A stretch of DNA of 64,000 nt from the human T2T-CHM13v2.0 reference genome, Homo sapiens, in the NCBI RefSeq assembly GCF_009914755.1, contig NC_060930.1; one strand, given 5' to 3'. Each line of letters starts with the position of its first letter. Position 1 is the stretch's first letter. Below, piece after piece: positions 37,896 through 50,186 of this stretch. The position numbers were made by a program, and so were the translations under genes. A model generated the notes under the pieces. That model searched no databases, had not been told where the DNA came from, and saw only the letters and a list, made by a program, of their open reading frames with translations.

Positions 37896-39739
37896 GTAGT
37901 TATTGAAGGTATTGGATGACTCACTGCATTTAGAAGGCAAGTCAGTGGGGAAAAAGTTGAACCCAGCTAGTAAGAGTTAGCATTTCTTATTCCTGCACAA
38001 ACATTAGCTAAGGAGGATTTGACTACCTAGAGTCTTTTGACAAGGCTCTCAAAAACTTATTCCCAGCACTCCATGGATGTGGACAAAGAGTATATATTGT
38101 CCAGCTCATTTTATACCTGCAAAATGGCATAGTTAGTAAATCACTGGGGAGCTAAGAAGTTATGATAACAATGGAATGACTTAGCAGAGATGATGGTGGT
38201 GGTGATAAGAGGGACAAGCCAAGACCCGAAACCTTTGATGCTCAGATCATTCCACAGTTCTTCAGATGTTATTGAACCAATAGGTGTGCCCTAGAATAAT
38301 GAATTCCATCCAATACCATCTGCCAGATCCTGGAGGCCATCTTAAACCTACCAGGATAGCTTGGAGGGCACAAATGCCACTTAAGGAGAGAGAGGACAGA
38401 GCCAGGGCTGCTTCCTGCCAATATATTTACAGGAGAGATTATGGGCTTAGAGCCTCAGTGAGACTCTGTAGAAAGATATGAGGAAGTTTAGGGATTTTTA
38501 AGGAAATGATAGCTTACTTCGTGGGCAGTGCCTGTGTGCTGGATAGTCAGTGGGGCAGTGGTGTGGTGTCAGGACATGCCAGGTGCACACGTAGCAGGCC
38601 TGCAGAAGTCTCAGTTATGAAAAGCGTGGAACACACCATCAGTGACAGATGGAGAGGCCCCCCACCCCCACTCTCACCCTGCCACACCCTACCCCAGCCT
38701 CTTAGACCACAGGTGCAGACCCAACTCCAGAGTTTGCAACACAGATCAGTAAGAGTCTCCTTCATTGTGTTATTTATATTTTCCCTTCCCCAGCAAGATT
38801 GCCTGGTTCAAGATTCGTTATCCACCAGCAGTTACCATTGAGAAATGATGATAGAACATGAAATACCACTCACAATGACAGCTAAACCCACAACATACCT
38901 GGGAATTGACCTCACAGAAGATCCCCCAAACGTTTTTGGGAAATTAACAAACAAACTATTTTAAAGTGTGTAAAAATGAAAGGATGATATTATAGCAGAA
39001 TACCTTCAATGTAAAGTAAAACATGTATACTCCATTTTTAAAAATGATATAGACATATTCAAGGACTTACAGTAAGTAAGTGGATAACCCTGGGAAGAGG
39101 GAATAAACTAGGGGCTCATATACATAGACACATATATATTATCTGATAATACCTAAACACATTTCCTCAGCAAATAATAGTTGCTTTCTTGAATACTCAA
39201 CCCAAACAGGCAAAATGTGTGTATCTTCCATGGTGCTTAGCTCAGTGCCTTGCATGAAAAAGGTGCTCAATACACATTTTTGTAAAAGTTCCATTAAAAA
39301 TAATATTTATATAATATTTACACATTATGAATGTATAGCAAATTTAGAACATGTACATTATAGAGAGAATCTAGAAAATACACATTATGAAAATTTATAA
39401 AATATCGATAATCAAAAGTATGTTAAACTCACCCATACTACTCCTTATGGATAACCCCTATGAACATTTCTAGATTTATTATTCCAGATTTCAATTAGGG
39501 TATTTTTTATGATTGATTGATGACTTTTACTATGTTTTCATCCAGTAGTTTTAGCCAGTTTGTAGTTTGAATGAAAACCATTTTGAAATGAGTTCAGTGT
39601 ACAAAATATTCACTATGCATGAAGTGTAGTGTGTGCAAGGCAGGAGCAGCTAGCCTGGGAGTGAGTCCGAAAGGTGATGTCAAGGAAGACGAGGGGTCAG
39701 TCAGGCTCAATGTGATGGGGTTGATCAGGAGAGGGACAA

Positions 39740-40050
39740 CAGGGTGTTGGCAAACCTTCTGTAAATAGCCAGATAGTTAATATTTGCAGGTCCTATTATC
39801 TCTGTTACAACTACTCTACTGTGCTGTCATACTGTGAAAGCAGCCAGAGGCAATATGTAAACGAGTGAGCATGGCTGTGTTCCAATAAAACTTATGGGCA
39901 TTGAAATTTAAATTTCCTATAAGTTTTTCATGTCACAAAGTATTCTTCTTTCAATTTTATATTAAAAAAAAACCAATTCTTAGCTTGTGGACCATACAAA
40001 AACAGGTGGTAGGCTAGATTTGGTCCATGGACCACCGTTTGCAGACTTTT
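39740..40050 (+). mobile_element. MER58 (MER58B-like) hAT-Charlie element
   Basis: CAGGGTGTTGGCAAAC...GCATGGCTGTGTTCCAATAAAACTT...CATACAAAAACAGGTGGTAGGCTAGATTTGG. Confidence 0.9.
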
Positions 40051-41149
40051 GGGGGTGATGTCACAGGACGAAGGAAAAGACCAGAGGCAAGAGAAACCTT
40101 GGCAAGTTAAAGAGCTAATGGAAGGGTGTGATAGATCATTGAGTGGGAGGCTGGAGGTGAGGCGTGCTCCTGGAGAGGCTTCAGACACCCATAGCTCGGC
40201 TCCATGTGCCACTGAAAGGTTGGGAGTAGTGGAGAGAGATCAGCTGGAATGGACTTCAGAAGAGGATCCATTCTGGGATTATACCAACATTCAAACCATT
40301 GCTCAAACTATGTTAGGCCAGAAAGTCTGGTTTCAGGTTCTTCTGAACTCCTTCAAGAAGAAAGAGCAACACACAGGAAAACAATGCCCCGCCTTGAGAA
40401 CACCCAAGATTTAACACAAATAATCATCTTGAGGTTGGAGTGTGAGAGGTTTACATAAATAACTTCACCAATAGGGTGGATGGTCTATGGCGTCCTTGCA
40501 AAGTCAGCTGTGGCAGTCTATTCCTCCCCCTACCCTCCTTATAATGATACTCCTTTCTACTCATTTTTGGTCTCCTCTTCCCACATCCCATTGGTGTTGT
40601 GTTCCCATCACTCCCACTTACCTCATCCCCAGCTCTCTTGAGTGCAGAATCAGATCACCTTGCCTAAATGGCACTGCTACTGTCTTGATTGGTCTCATCC
40701 TGATTTAAATGCTACCTTGAAACCTTTGTAAATAGAGGTTCACTATTTCCTTAGTTATTTCGTCCCCCACTTCCCACACCTCCTTGTGACACCAGGCTGC
40801 AAGTGTATGCAATAACCTGGACTGGACTGGGCAGAGGAAAGATTATGTTTACTCTCACTTAATTATATTTTACTGAAATTAAATGTGTACCTCAATGAAA
40901 CATGACACATCACAAAATCTAAGCAGACTGTTTTTCTACACCTAGTACCTGATCTTAGCCTGGTTTCTTGCACCTTTTTCCAGATTTCCTGGACATGGTG
41001 TTTTGGTGCAATACCTACCTATTTTAACTCCATCTCTCTTCCAACTGCAAGAAGGCTTTGGCTTTCAGCATTTGGAGTTTAAGATTTGATTACTCATCCA
41101 GGGGAAATATTCAGAAGTGATCTCATAGGCATGATTTGCACCTTGCAAG

Positions 41150-41800
41150 CTTGCTTAGAATATTAAGCAGGGGGTTTTCCAAGTAGACTTGCCTCACTGT
41201 CCTGTTTGCAGGCCTAAATTATGAAGCAATTAATATACAGCACATAAAACTGTCCAGTCTGTTTGTTCTTGCTGTCATATCGTCAGTAATGATGGCAGGA
41301 ACTGACTAATGAACCGGCCCAAGTATCTATGTACACTGAGAAAGAGAGAGGAAGAAAGGGGGCCAGTGGCAGAGAGCACGCAGAACAAGTATAACTCATA
41401 TTTCTCAAAGAGCACGACTCTTCCATTTCCTAATGCTTTTCTCATGAATAGTTTGGGTCTTTTTTTTTTTAAAGTCTTTATGAAATTTAAGCCCTGTTTC
41501 CCATTTCACTGAAAAACCTTTAAGAAAAGACATTTTTCATACTTAAGACTTTTTCAAATCTCTCCTAACCAGTTACACTCTGTATTGTATCTTTCGTAGC
41601 TGGCAGCCATCCAGCGACAATCCTTAAAAATCCCTTTACAGTTTTAGAGGAAAATACAAGCTCTCATTTACCACTGGATCGAGTCAGAAAATAAAAGCTT
41701 AATGCCTTGACAGGCCTGGATATTTTTTTGAGGCCTAAGTCTGATTTATGGCAGTAGCCGGCAAACCAGGCTGGTGAAATATTTGCTGCTGCTCCTAGGG
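41150..41800. promoter_or_regulatory. Candidate developmental enhancer (PBX-HOX and MEIS motifs)
   Basis: TGATTTATGG 41742-41751, TGACAG 41708-41713, CTGTCA 41272-41277, CATAAAA 41243-41249 in unique DNA. Confidence 0.4.
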
Positions 41801-42129
41801 ATATGGAAAAATGAAGTGTGAAGTTCTGGGGAGAGCAGGCCACAGCCTTCCAGTCACTAAACACTCCCACCAAGTTGGCAGGGGAACAGAGCCCTGGGCT
41901 GCAAGATGAACCTCAAAGGAAAAGGGAGGAGAAAAGGACTGCGCACCGTGTCAAAATACTGCCAAGGCTTAACGCTCACCATACATTTTGTGACCTGGGG
42001 TAGGATGTTTATGAGGGGGGTTTAGGGAGGAAAGAGAAGAGAAACATTTTCTTCCTTCTTTATTTATTCTATTTTCTTTACAGCTTCCCTGTAGGGGTTT
42101 CAGTCCAAGTAGAAGAAATTAAGAGCAAC

Positions 42130-42400
42130 AACAGGAATGTAGGAAGTTGCTTAAGCCCCCATCATAAAATTGTTCAGATCGAAAAATATGATCTGGTTAG
42201 AAAGAAAGCACTGGCCTGCCTTAGGGCTTGCAGCTTCAAGGTGGGGTGACAGACCCACTTCCCCACACCATGGGTCCCCAGATCTGAGAGCATGGAAGTT
42301 GAGATTTTCATTCCCATGAAAAGGGAATTTCCTAGAGGTAGAAGTGAGGTGAGTTTTCTCCCCTAGAATTTTGTTGAAGTGAGTCATCACAAATGCACAA
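42130..42400. promoter_or_regulatory. Candidate signal-responsive enhancer (TEAD, ETS, NF-kB, AP-1)
   Basis: GGAATGT 42134, AGGAAGT 42141, CATTCC 42309, GGGAATTTCC 42323-42332, TGAGTCA 42380-42386. Confidence 0.45.
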
Positions 42401-43067
42401 GCCAGGCAAAACACTTGGTGTTTTTATTTTTTCTTTCCTTTATGTAAAAAAAAAGTATGTATATATATAAAACAGTTAATATCCACTGTTTAGATTTGTT
42501 TTTAATTTTAGGTTTCTGAAGTAGAGTCTTGGATACCCGTGCTTGTCTCAAAGAGCTTTATCTGTACTTGGTGTTATTCACAGAGGAGATGAGTGGAGCC
42601 CCCACAGAAAAGCAGGGGTTGATTTTAGTTGTTTTCTGAAGTGCAAAAAAGTTCTCTTCTAGTTGATATTTTTGATAAACAAAGGCAAAAAAGGGCAAAG
42701 ATGGAAAACATGCATCTCATTTTCTCCTCACACGAACTTATCTTCGGAAGATCAGTTTCAAAATCTGATTCATTTGAGGGTTGAATAAGGGTTTTTTTTG
42801 TTTTTTGTTTTTGTTTTTTTTTAAATAACAGCACTTCTGTCTGCTAGGCAGAGATTTATGTTCCTGTGAAGTCTTGGGTCAGTTAAAGCCGTCTCAGTAA
42901 TTACAGAAATGTTTATATCCATGTGCAGTCATCCCCCTTCCCCTCACTAAATCACTAATAAACACACCTACTCTCACTCAAACAGACTCCCAGACTCACC
43001 TAACGCCCCCACAAAAACTATCTCACTCATTTACTCCCTTATCACAAAGTTAAACGTAGAGGTAATT

Positions 43068-43210
43068 CAAGTCAATAAATATTTATTGATGCCTACCATG
43101 TATAAGGCACTGTTAGGCAATGCAGGGGATCAGGGTCGGGGGCTGCGGGTGGAATACAAAAGCAAGATTCTGGTCCCAGGCTTCAAGATATTTGCAATTT
43201 AATGGAGGAG
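43068..43210 (-). mobile_element. L2 3' end fragment
   Basis: TCAATAAATATTTATTGATGCCTACCATGTATAAGGCACTGTTAGGC. Confidence 0.7.
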
Positions 43211-43359
43211 GAAACTGGACTTTGATCCATTTGCCTTTTAGTAAAACCTACATTTTAAAAACAATAAAATGTGCCTTTGTTTTTTCTACATGGACAGAGA
43301 AGAGGAAGAAATAGGGGTCTGGAGAAACGGAGCGGACTTACTTGCCCCATGCCACAAAC

Positions 43360-43560
43360 AGTAATAGCAAATATGATTGGGCTTGTCGTATGTGCTGGGT
43401 GTGAGGCTTAGCACTTCCGATGCCTAATCTCATTCAGTTCTTCACAATTCACTGAGAGGTAGGCTCATCCTTCAACAGATGAGAAAACTGAGGCAAAGGG
43501 CAGTTAAGTAACTTGTCTAAGATTATAGAGCAAGGAAGTGTGTGGCTGAGGTTCACAACC
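43360..43560 (-). mobile_element. MIR SINE
   Basis: ACAGATGAGAAAACTGAGGCAAAGGGCAGTTAAGTAACTTGTCTAAG. Confidence 0.8.
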
Positions 43561-45021
43561 CTTTTCAGAACTCTCTTGGTCCCATCATTAACCTGAGATT
43601 TAAAACTTTTGTCTCCTTCCTCCTGGTCCAGTGATTTTCCTATCTGTCTCTGGTCCCCAAGCCTGTGATGATGAGTTGGAATTTAGAAAAGCAACAACAA
43701 CAACAGACACACACACAACATTTTACCTTTTCATTTATTTTGAAGGGGCTTGGAGTGCAGAGGCTATGGAGTGCTTTGCAAACTATTTTTGTTTATTTGA
43801 AAGCACCTAGATTTCAGCCTTAAGGAGGTTTGTAAATACTTGTAGAAAAATTGAAGATGGTCATTTCCTAGCCATCCTTCTTGGAAAAAAATCTGTTTTA
43901 GGAAACTGACTAATCCAGGGCTTGTACAAGGGTGACCAGACCTCCAGCGTGGCTGCCCTGGTTTTTGGTAACCGATGTGCTGAAAGAGATCATCAAGCTC
44001 TGAATTTCCTCAATGGTGACTACCACACACATACAGGCCTTAAAACACATACCCACAGTTCAAATATTTTAGCAAATGTCCTGGCTTTCCTCCACCACTA
44101 AAATGAAAGTGAAGGTGAAATCATTTGGGGGCCACTAGAGTAGAATTCTTACCCTTGATAGCTGCCCATAGATTTAAATGTCTCACAGGAGACCCAATTA
44201 AATATTAGTGAGATCCCAATTCACCAAAGGATCATATTTCCTGGCCATTTTCATCACTCACACTTCCCGGCAATTTAATGATGAGTTTAGGATATGACCT
44301 CTTCCCTCAGGCTCCCCTCCTACCTTTTTTATTTTCTTTTATTTTGGATCTGGAATCTAGATGGCTCAAGCATCTGGAAATACCCTACATAGGTTTTTCT
44401 AACCAAGTCACCAGTTGCTGTCTGTACATACCCGAGTTTTGCTGTGATATGAAGTTGTCACAAATGAGGGCTGATAGGAGTCTCCATATTTTGATGGCAG
44501 TGATTATCCAAGATGACCCCTAGAATGCAAGGCCAAGGGAGCACACATAGCACTGAGCGTCACACAAAGAGGATGTTTGTTGAGTGAATAAATGAGTGAG
44601 GCACCCTTGGTGAGGCCTCTTGCTTGCAGCGGCTAGAGGAACAGAGGCAGATATTGGTACAGCAGGTGTTTCTCACTGCTTTCCCCAGAATGACCCCCAG
44701 CTTGTGTGTTTGATCAAGAACAGCCATCTTCACACTATGGTGTGTATCCTTCTGGGGAGTGCCTGAAGATTTTTCGGGGGTTATGCAGATGCTGGTGGCT
44801 TTAATGCTGTTGATTTTCAGATGCTCAACTTTCATGCGCACCCTTTCCTAAAACTCACCATCCTGAGAACACACCACTTGTCACTCTTTCCCACCATCCC
44901 TTCACAGTTGCCCTTCTCACACTTTTAAAATAAAAGGCATCCTTTCACTCATCCCCCTCCCACTATAGAGCATTTCCTCAGGGTCTAAATATCCTCTGGG
45001 TCTCTAAACATTGGGGACATG

Positions 45022-45328
<307 letters not shown>

Positions 45329-46399
45329 TTAGGGGGAAATACTGAAAGGGGGCAGAGCACCATTCTGTCCCGTGGCAAACTCCTGGCAAGCCTCCATGCA
45401 TGTATGTAGTGTCATAACTATCCATCTACCCATTTATCCATCTGTCTATCAGGATGACACTTCAGAAATGAATTAGTTGCCCTGGGGAGACATATTAACA
45501 CACTCATTTGAATTGGAAAATGAAGTTAGAATTTCTCCACGAGAAAGTGAGTATGATTTGGCTAATTGGATTGACAGTGAGGACTGCTTTACCATTTAGG
45601 TCATATGGCAGACATAAACAGAATCACCTAAATCTTTTGCAAGGAAGTTTTGATGAAAATATAGCTAAAGCATAAGCAGAGTGCACAGGCTGTCAGGTGG
45701 TACATCCTTCATAACAACCTAAACATATGTTGATGAAATTTAGGTGTCTTCTTAAAAATGTAGTTAAAAATTATTTTAGGGTATACACAAACAAATAATT
45801 CAAAGACCTCTGATTTAGAGAAGGGTTAGAGACATAGGCAAGGAGGAAACTCATTAATAGGCAGAAAGGTGCTGTGGGATTGGAAAAATGCTCTCAAAAT
45901 TGTAGAAATCTGAAAAGAGGTGGAAAAGAATTAAGAGACCCTGGGAGAGAAGATCCTACTGTCAGCACTATGGGCGTGAATTCTGACATTGTGTCATCTT
46001 GGTGAGCTGTCCTATCTAGAATGAAAATACCCAAATCACTCAGGTTCATTTGTTTCATCCATCTGAACACTCTGAAATTTACTTTCCTTTTTTACCAACT
46101 TTTACCAAGGTCATAAAAACAGATGTACAATAATCATGAACTTGTCAGTCTTTTTTTAAAGCTAGTTAGCAAGAGTATGACTGCTACTAAGAAGTCATTG
46201 TTGTTATATTTAGCTGTTCTTCCAATAATAGACTGTGACAGTATATTATACAGATATTAAGTAGGTGACTCTGAAATAGCTGGGGCAATGAAAGTGCTGA
46301 ATACCAGTAGGCCAAGTTGCCCACAAAAGTATTTATGCTGAGGTTCCTTAAAAGGAAAACACCTCATAAAACAGATACACTTCTAAGAATCTGTGAGAA

Positions 46400-46800
46400 G
46401 TGCCCAACACGCTACAAAAGATGTGCTATTTAGTGCTGATGTTATGCCAGAGATTGCAGTGTTTAGCTGCCTAATTTACTGCTATCTGGCCTTTTCTACA
46501 ACCCCATTAATCTGTCAGCCGAATGAGCTCTAATTATGCATCTTGTAACCTGGTGTGCCATAGCATACTGCATTCGAGGGGGGATAGATCTTTAAGATTT
46601 ACTGCACAATTGCTGATAATCTCATGGGGTCTCTCAACTGGGGGGAAATTCGCCTCCTCCCAATTACTGAGAACGCCAGTAGAGGCGCAGAGAAGCAGAT
46701 GGGCATGGCAGAAGAGGCTGAAGTTTCAGCCAGTGATTCAGTGGACTCTTAACAGCCTGACAAAATGCAAAATACATTTTAGCATGTTGCTTTAACCTAG
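46400..46800. promoter_or_regulatory. Candidate conserved non-coding element or lncRNA promoter
   Basis: Repeat-free, dense TAAT/ATTA motifs, a MEIS site and locally retained CpGs. Confidence 0.4.
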
Positions 46801-49674
46801 ACCATGTACCGTCTAGAATATACAGTATACTCAGTTTGTTTGAGAGCTTATTAGAAGCACTACTCCTTCTGCTGCCAAACTCATGTGTTCTGCCTCCTTC
46901 TGTGGCTGGCCCATTTTCTGGATAGATGTGGCAGTGAGGAGGAGAAAGGAAAGGGATTAACAGGGAACTGCCTTTTTATTATGGATCATCATTATTATTT
47001 TTTACTTAGATCATCTCCTTGGATCCTCATCAAATCCTATGAGGTATACACTGTAATCCCAACTTTAGAAATGAAGAAAACTGAGTCACAGAGAGGTTCA
47101 GACTTGTGTGTTTGCATGTGTGTATGTATGTTGGAGGAGGCATGCAATCCTGTAGCCTCCAACTCCTTGGAAAAGCTGAATGCCTCAAATTCCTTTCCAT
47201 CAGCTTGCTTTATCCTAGGGAAGTCATTGATATCTCCTAACATAGGCTTTACGGATTTCTGATTTGTGTTCCTATCTATACTGCTGGCTTTCTCTCCCAT
47301 CCTACCACCTACCCGAAGGTTGTAGGGATAAGTCAGATAATGCCCATAAAAGGCTTTTAACGCCTTAGGAAAAAGTTGCCCACATACAAATACTGTATCC
47401 TATAATGTTTCTGTGTGGGTTCATAGCCCCATCCATCCTCAAAGAACCAGAGACAGTCTTAGATGAAGTGGAATCATCTCCAGCTGCTGCCGGGTTCATT
47501 CCTTCTGGGGTAGACAGTTGTACTGGCTTGACTCTGCAGTGCCATGGCACCCAAAAAGATCTTTGCAGAGAGCAAGAAGAAAAAACTCTGTTTACAAACA
47601 CTTTTACTAACTTTTCTTTTTTTTTTGCCATTCATCCCTAACTTGACCAGTGTCACACCAGTGACTTTAGGTGGTGTGAGTTTGATCTTCACATGTGGCC
47701 ATGATACAGGGTTATTTTCAATTTTAGCATGAAATCTTATTTGCTTTTAGTCTAATTTCTTTTAGGCTCACCTTGGTTTTGCTGGCATAGAAAGCAAATG
47801 ATTTCACTTCATTGCAATTCGATGGACTAAATAAAAAAAGTTAAGGTGCTGGTGTTTGGTTGAAACTCAGGCAAGCCCCCAGTGGTGGAAAGGATGTTCA
47901 AATGACTCCAAATGTACAGGACTCTGGTTTTCATGGGCTACCCTAAATTCTCTGCCAGCAGCCCTGAGTTCCCTTTGACCTCATCGGAAACTGAGTTCTC
48001 TAAACAGAAACGGTAACCATGATAAGTTGTGTCACTTTGGTGATATATCTCTCAGAATATTATAAACTGGGTAGCAGAATTTTCCATTGCCTTACAGACA
48101 TCCATAGCCAGAGATCTAAGGATAGAGAGTTCATGTCTCTCTCCATTAAGAAATTTAATTCACATTTTACTCAGTCTCAGCCTTTGATTAATACTCTGGA
48201 TACCTCATGCAGCAGTCCTTAGGATTACAAAAAGTGATTTGTCTAATCTGCGTGTCAGTCTCCTTTGGAGTCTACATAGGGGAAAAAACCCAAAACCAAC
48301 ACTCTGTAGCTATTGATTTCATAGCATTTGCTCAGCGTTTGCCTTTACATTCTGGCCAAGTCAAGTGGATAAAGAGCAATTTGATCCATGGAGTGTGGCG
48401 GGAGTGTTGTCACCATCTACAGAACTTATTCATCTGGAGGATTTCAAGTTGCACATATCAGCTCTGGAAGTGGGTTTTAATGAAATCACTAGCAAAATGA
48501 AGTTCATATAAAAGTGAATGTAAAAACATATGCTATGGTTCCAGCTGGCTGGCAGAGATGTAGTCAAGTTTGCACGGGATTTAGGTCCCCATTTCTGACT
48601 TTCGGCCCCAAGGAATAAATTTTGGATGATCTGAGTCAAGGCTAGACTGAAGGACAATTGTAAAGATCAAATGTGTCATGCCACTTTTCTGAACGTGAGC
48701 TTGCCCTCCTCTCATTCGCTTTTCCTGTCTCAGTACCCATGGACTCATTTATCCACCATGGCAAAATCTCAACTTTTCTACCTTTCTTGTCCATAAATCA
48801 AATTTCCCCGGATGTAAATTGATGTTATCTTAGAGCCACTCCTTCTTCCAAAGGGATGCCTAGCCAAGTTGATGTGTGCATCTATTGAAATAGATGTGGC
48901 CACCATGATACATGTGTTTTACCAGTCACATTCTGGAGACTATATCTTAACCCAAAGTATTAAATGGGGATTTTAATGGTAGTCAGGAAGAAATGCTTGA
49001 GCAAGTAGGGCTTTTACACACTTTCGTATTAGAACTCACATAGTAGTTGTTTATATCTGATAAACAGATTTGGCCTGCCTGAAGGGGGTGTATCTTGCAA
49101 AAGTCTTGCTTTAACTGGCTACATGAACCAGAGAGAGGTATGGAGACACAGAGATGAGCAGAATATGGAGCTTAGGCACCAGGGAGGTTGGATGGGGAAT
49201 CTGCTCTTCTAATTTGGGAAGGGCAGGTAGGGCTGAAAGAGTCTTGCAAGTCACCCCCTGCTTTTACCTAAGCCATACTATGAGGAGAATTGAAAAACAA
49301 TTAGTTGTTGAAGAAGATTATGTAATCTTTTGAGTAACAAACTTTAAAGCATCTCCTGAATCCTTGAAAGAAGTGAGATTTTTCTGATGAAATAAAAATA
49401 TACTTCCATTGCTTTGCTTTGCTTTTTTTCCTTCAATGAAATAAACATTTAGTGCTTATCAGCAAATGTTAGTATCACTTCATGTAGTTAAAGATTGCTA
49501 TTTTTAGCCCCTCTCTAGACCAAATTGTCCCTCATGTTAGTTTTCTCCATTGATTTATAGTTCTAAATCTTTCATTATTTTTATTAATTTTCTCAGGGCT
49601 CTTTCCATGTTTCCCACTTTTTTTTTAGCAGGATGACATTCCAATTGAGGGAGACTATTGAACTATGTCCAACA

Positions 49675-49865
49675 CTAGGCCTTAGAATCTGAAGTCTGTG
49701 TTTGAATCCTGTCTCTAGCACTTAAAACATGAGATGTTCCTGTGTCTCAGCTTCCACATTTTCATAGTGGGCATGACTAGGTCTCACTCCCTTCTAGTAT
49801 TGCTATGAGGATTGCATTTGAAATACAGTAGCACATTGCTTGGCATCTGGAACATGGGGTGTACA
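49675..49865 (+). mobile_element. MIR SINE
   Basis: TGTGTTTGAATCCTGTCTCT...TATTGCTATGAGGATTGCAT...TGCTTGGCATC. Confidence 0.7.
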
Positions 49866-50049
49866 TCATAAAAACAACTTTTATCTGCATCATCAACACC
49901 AAAACAGAGTTACCAGAACCATCAAGACAATAGTGTTGACTCCTAACCTTGTCAAGATATGCAAAATTCTTCAAGATGGCATCTCTATAAGAGGGTGCAT
50001 CTTCAAAGAATCAGGAACAATTCAGATCCCTGGTGTAGAATCCACAAAA

Positions 50050-50185
50050 CACTGTACTACCTTTGAGAAATATGAGTCATGACTTCCAGCAAATTACTTA
50101 ATCACTCTGAAGTTTGTTTCCTCATCATATATTGGTAATAATAAAATTACCTCATAGTATTTATGAAGATTAAATGAAATATAGA
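50050..50185 (+). mobile_element. MIR SINE, 5' part (3' part resumes at ~55881-55940)
   Basis: GCAAATTACTTAATCACTCTGAAGTTTGTTTCCTCATC...TACCTCATAG...ATGAAGATTAAATGA. Confidence 0.75.
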
Positions 50186-50186
50186 A

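Noticed and set aside
46676-46690. GCCAGTAGAGGCGCA as a CTCF site
   Set aside because: One G short of the CCASYAGRKGGCRS core, which misaligns the conserved GGC.
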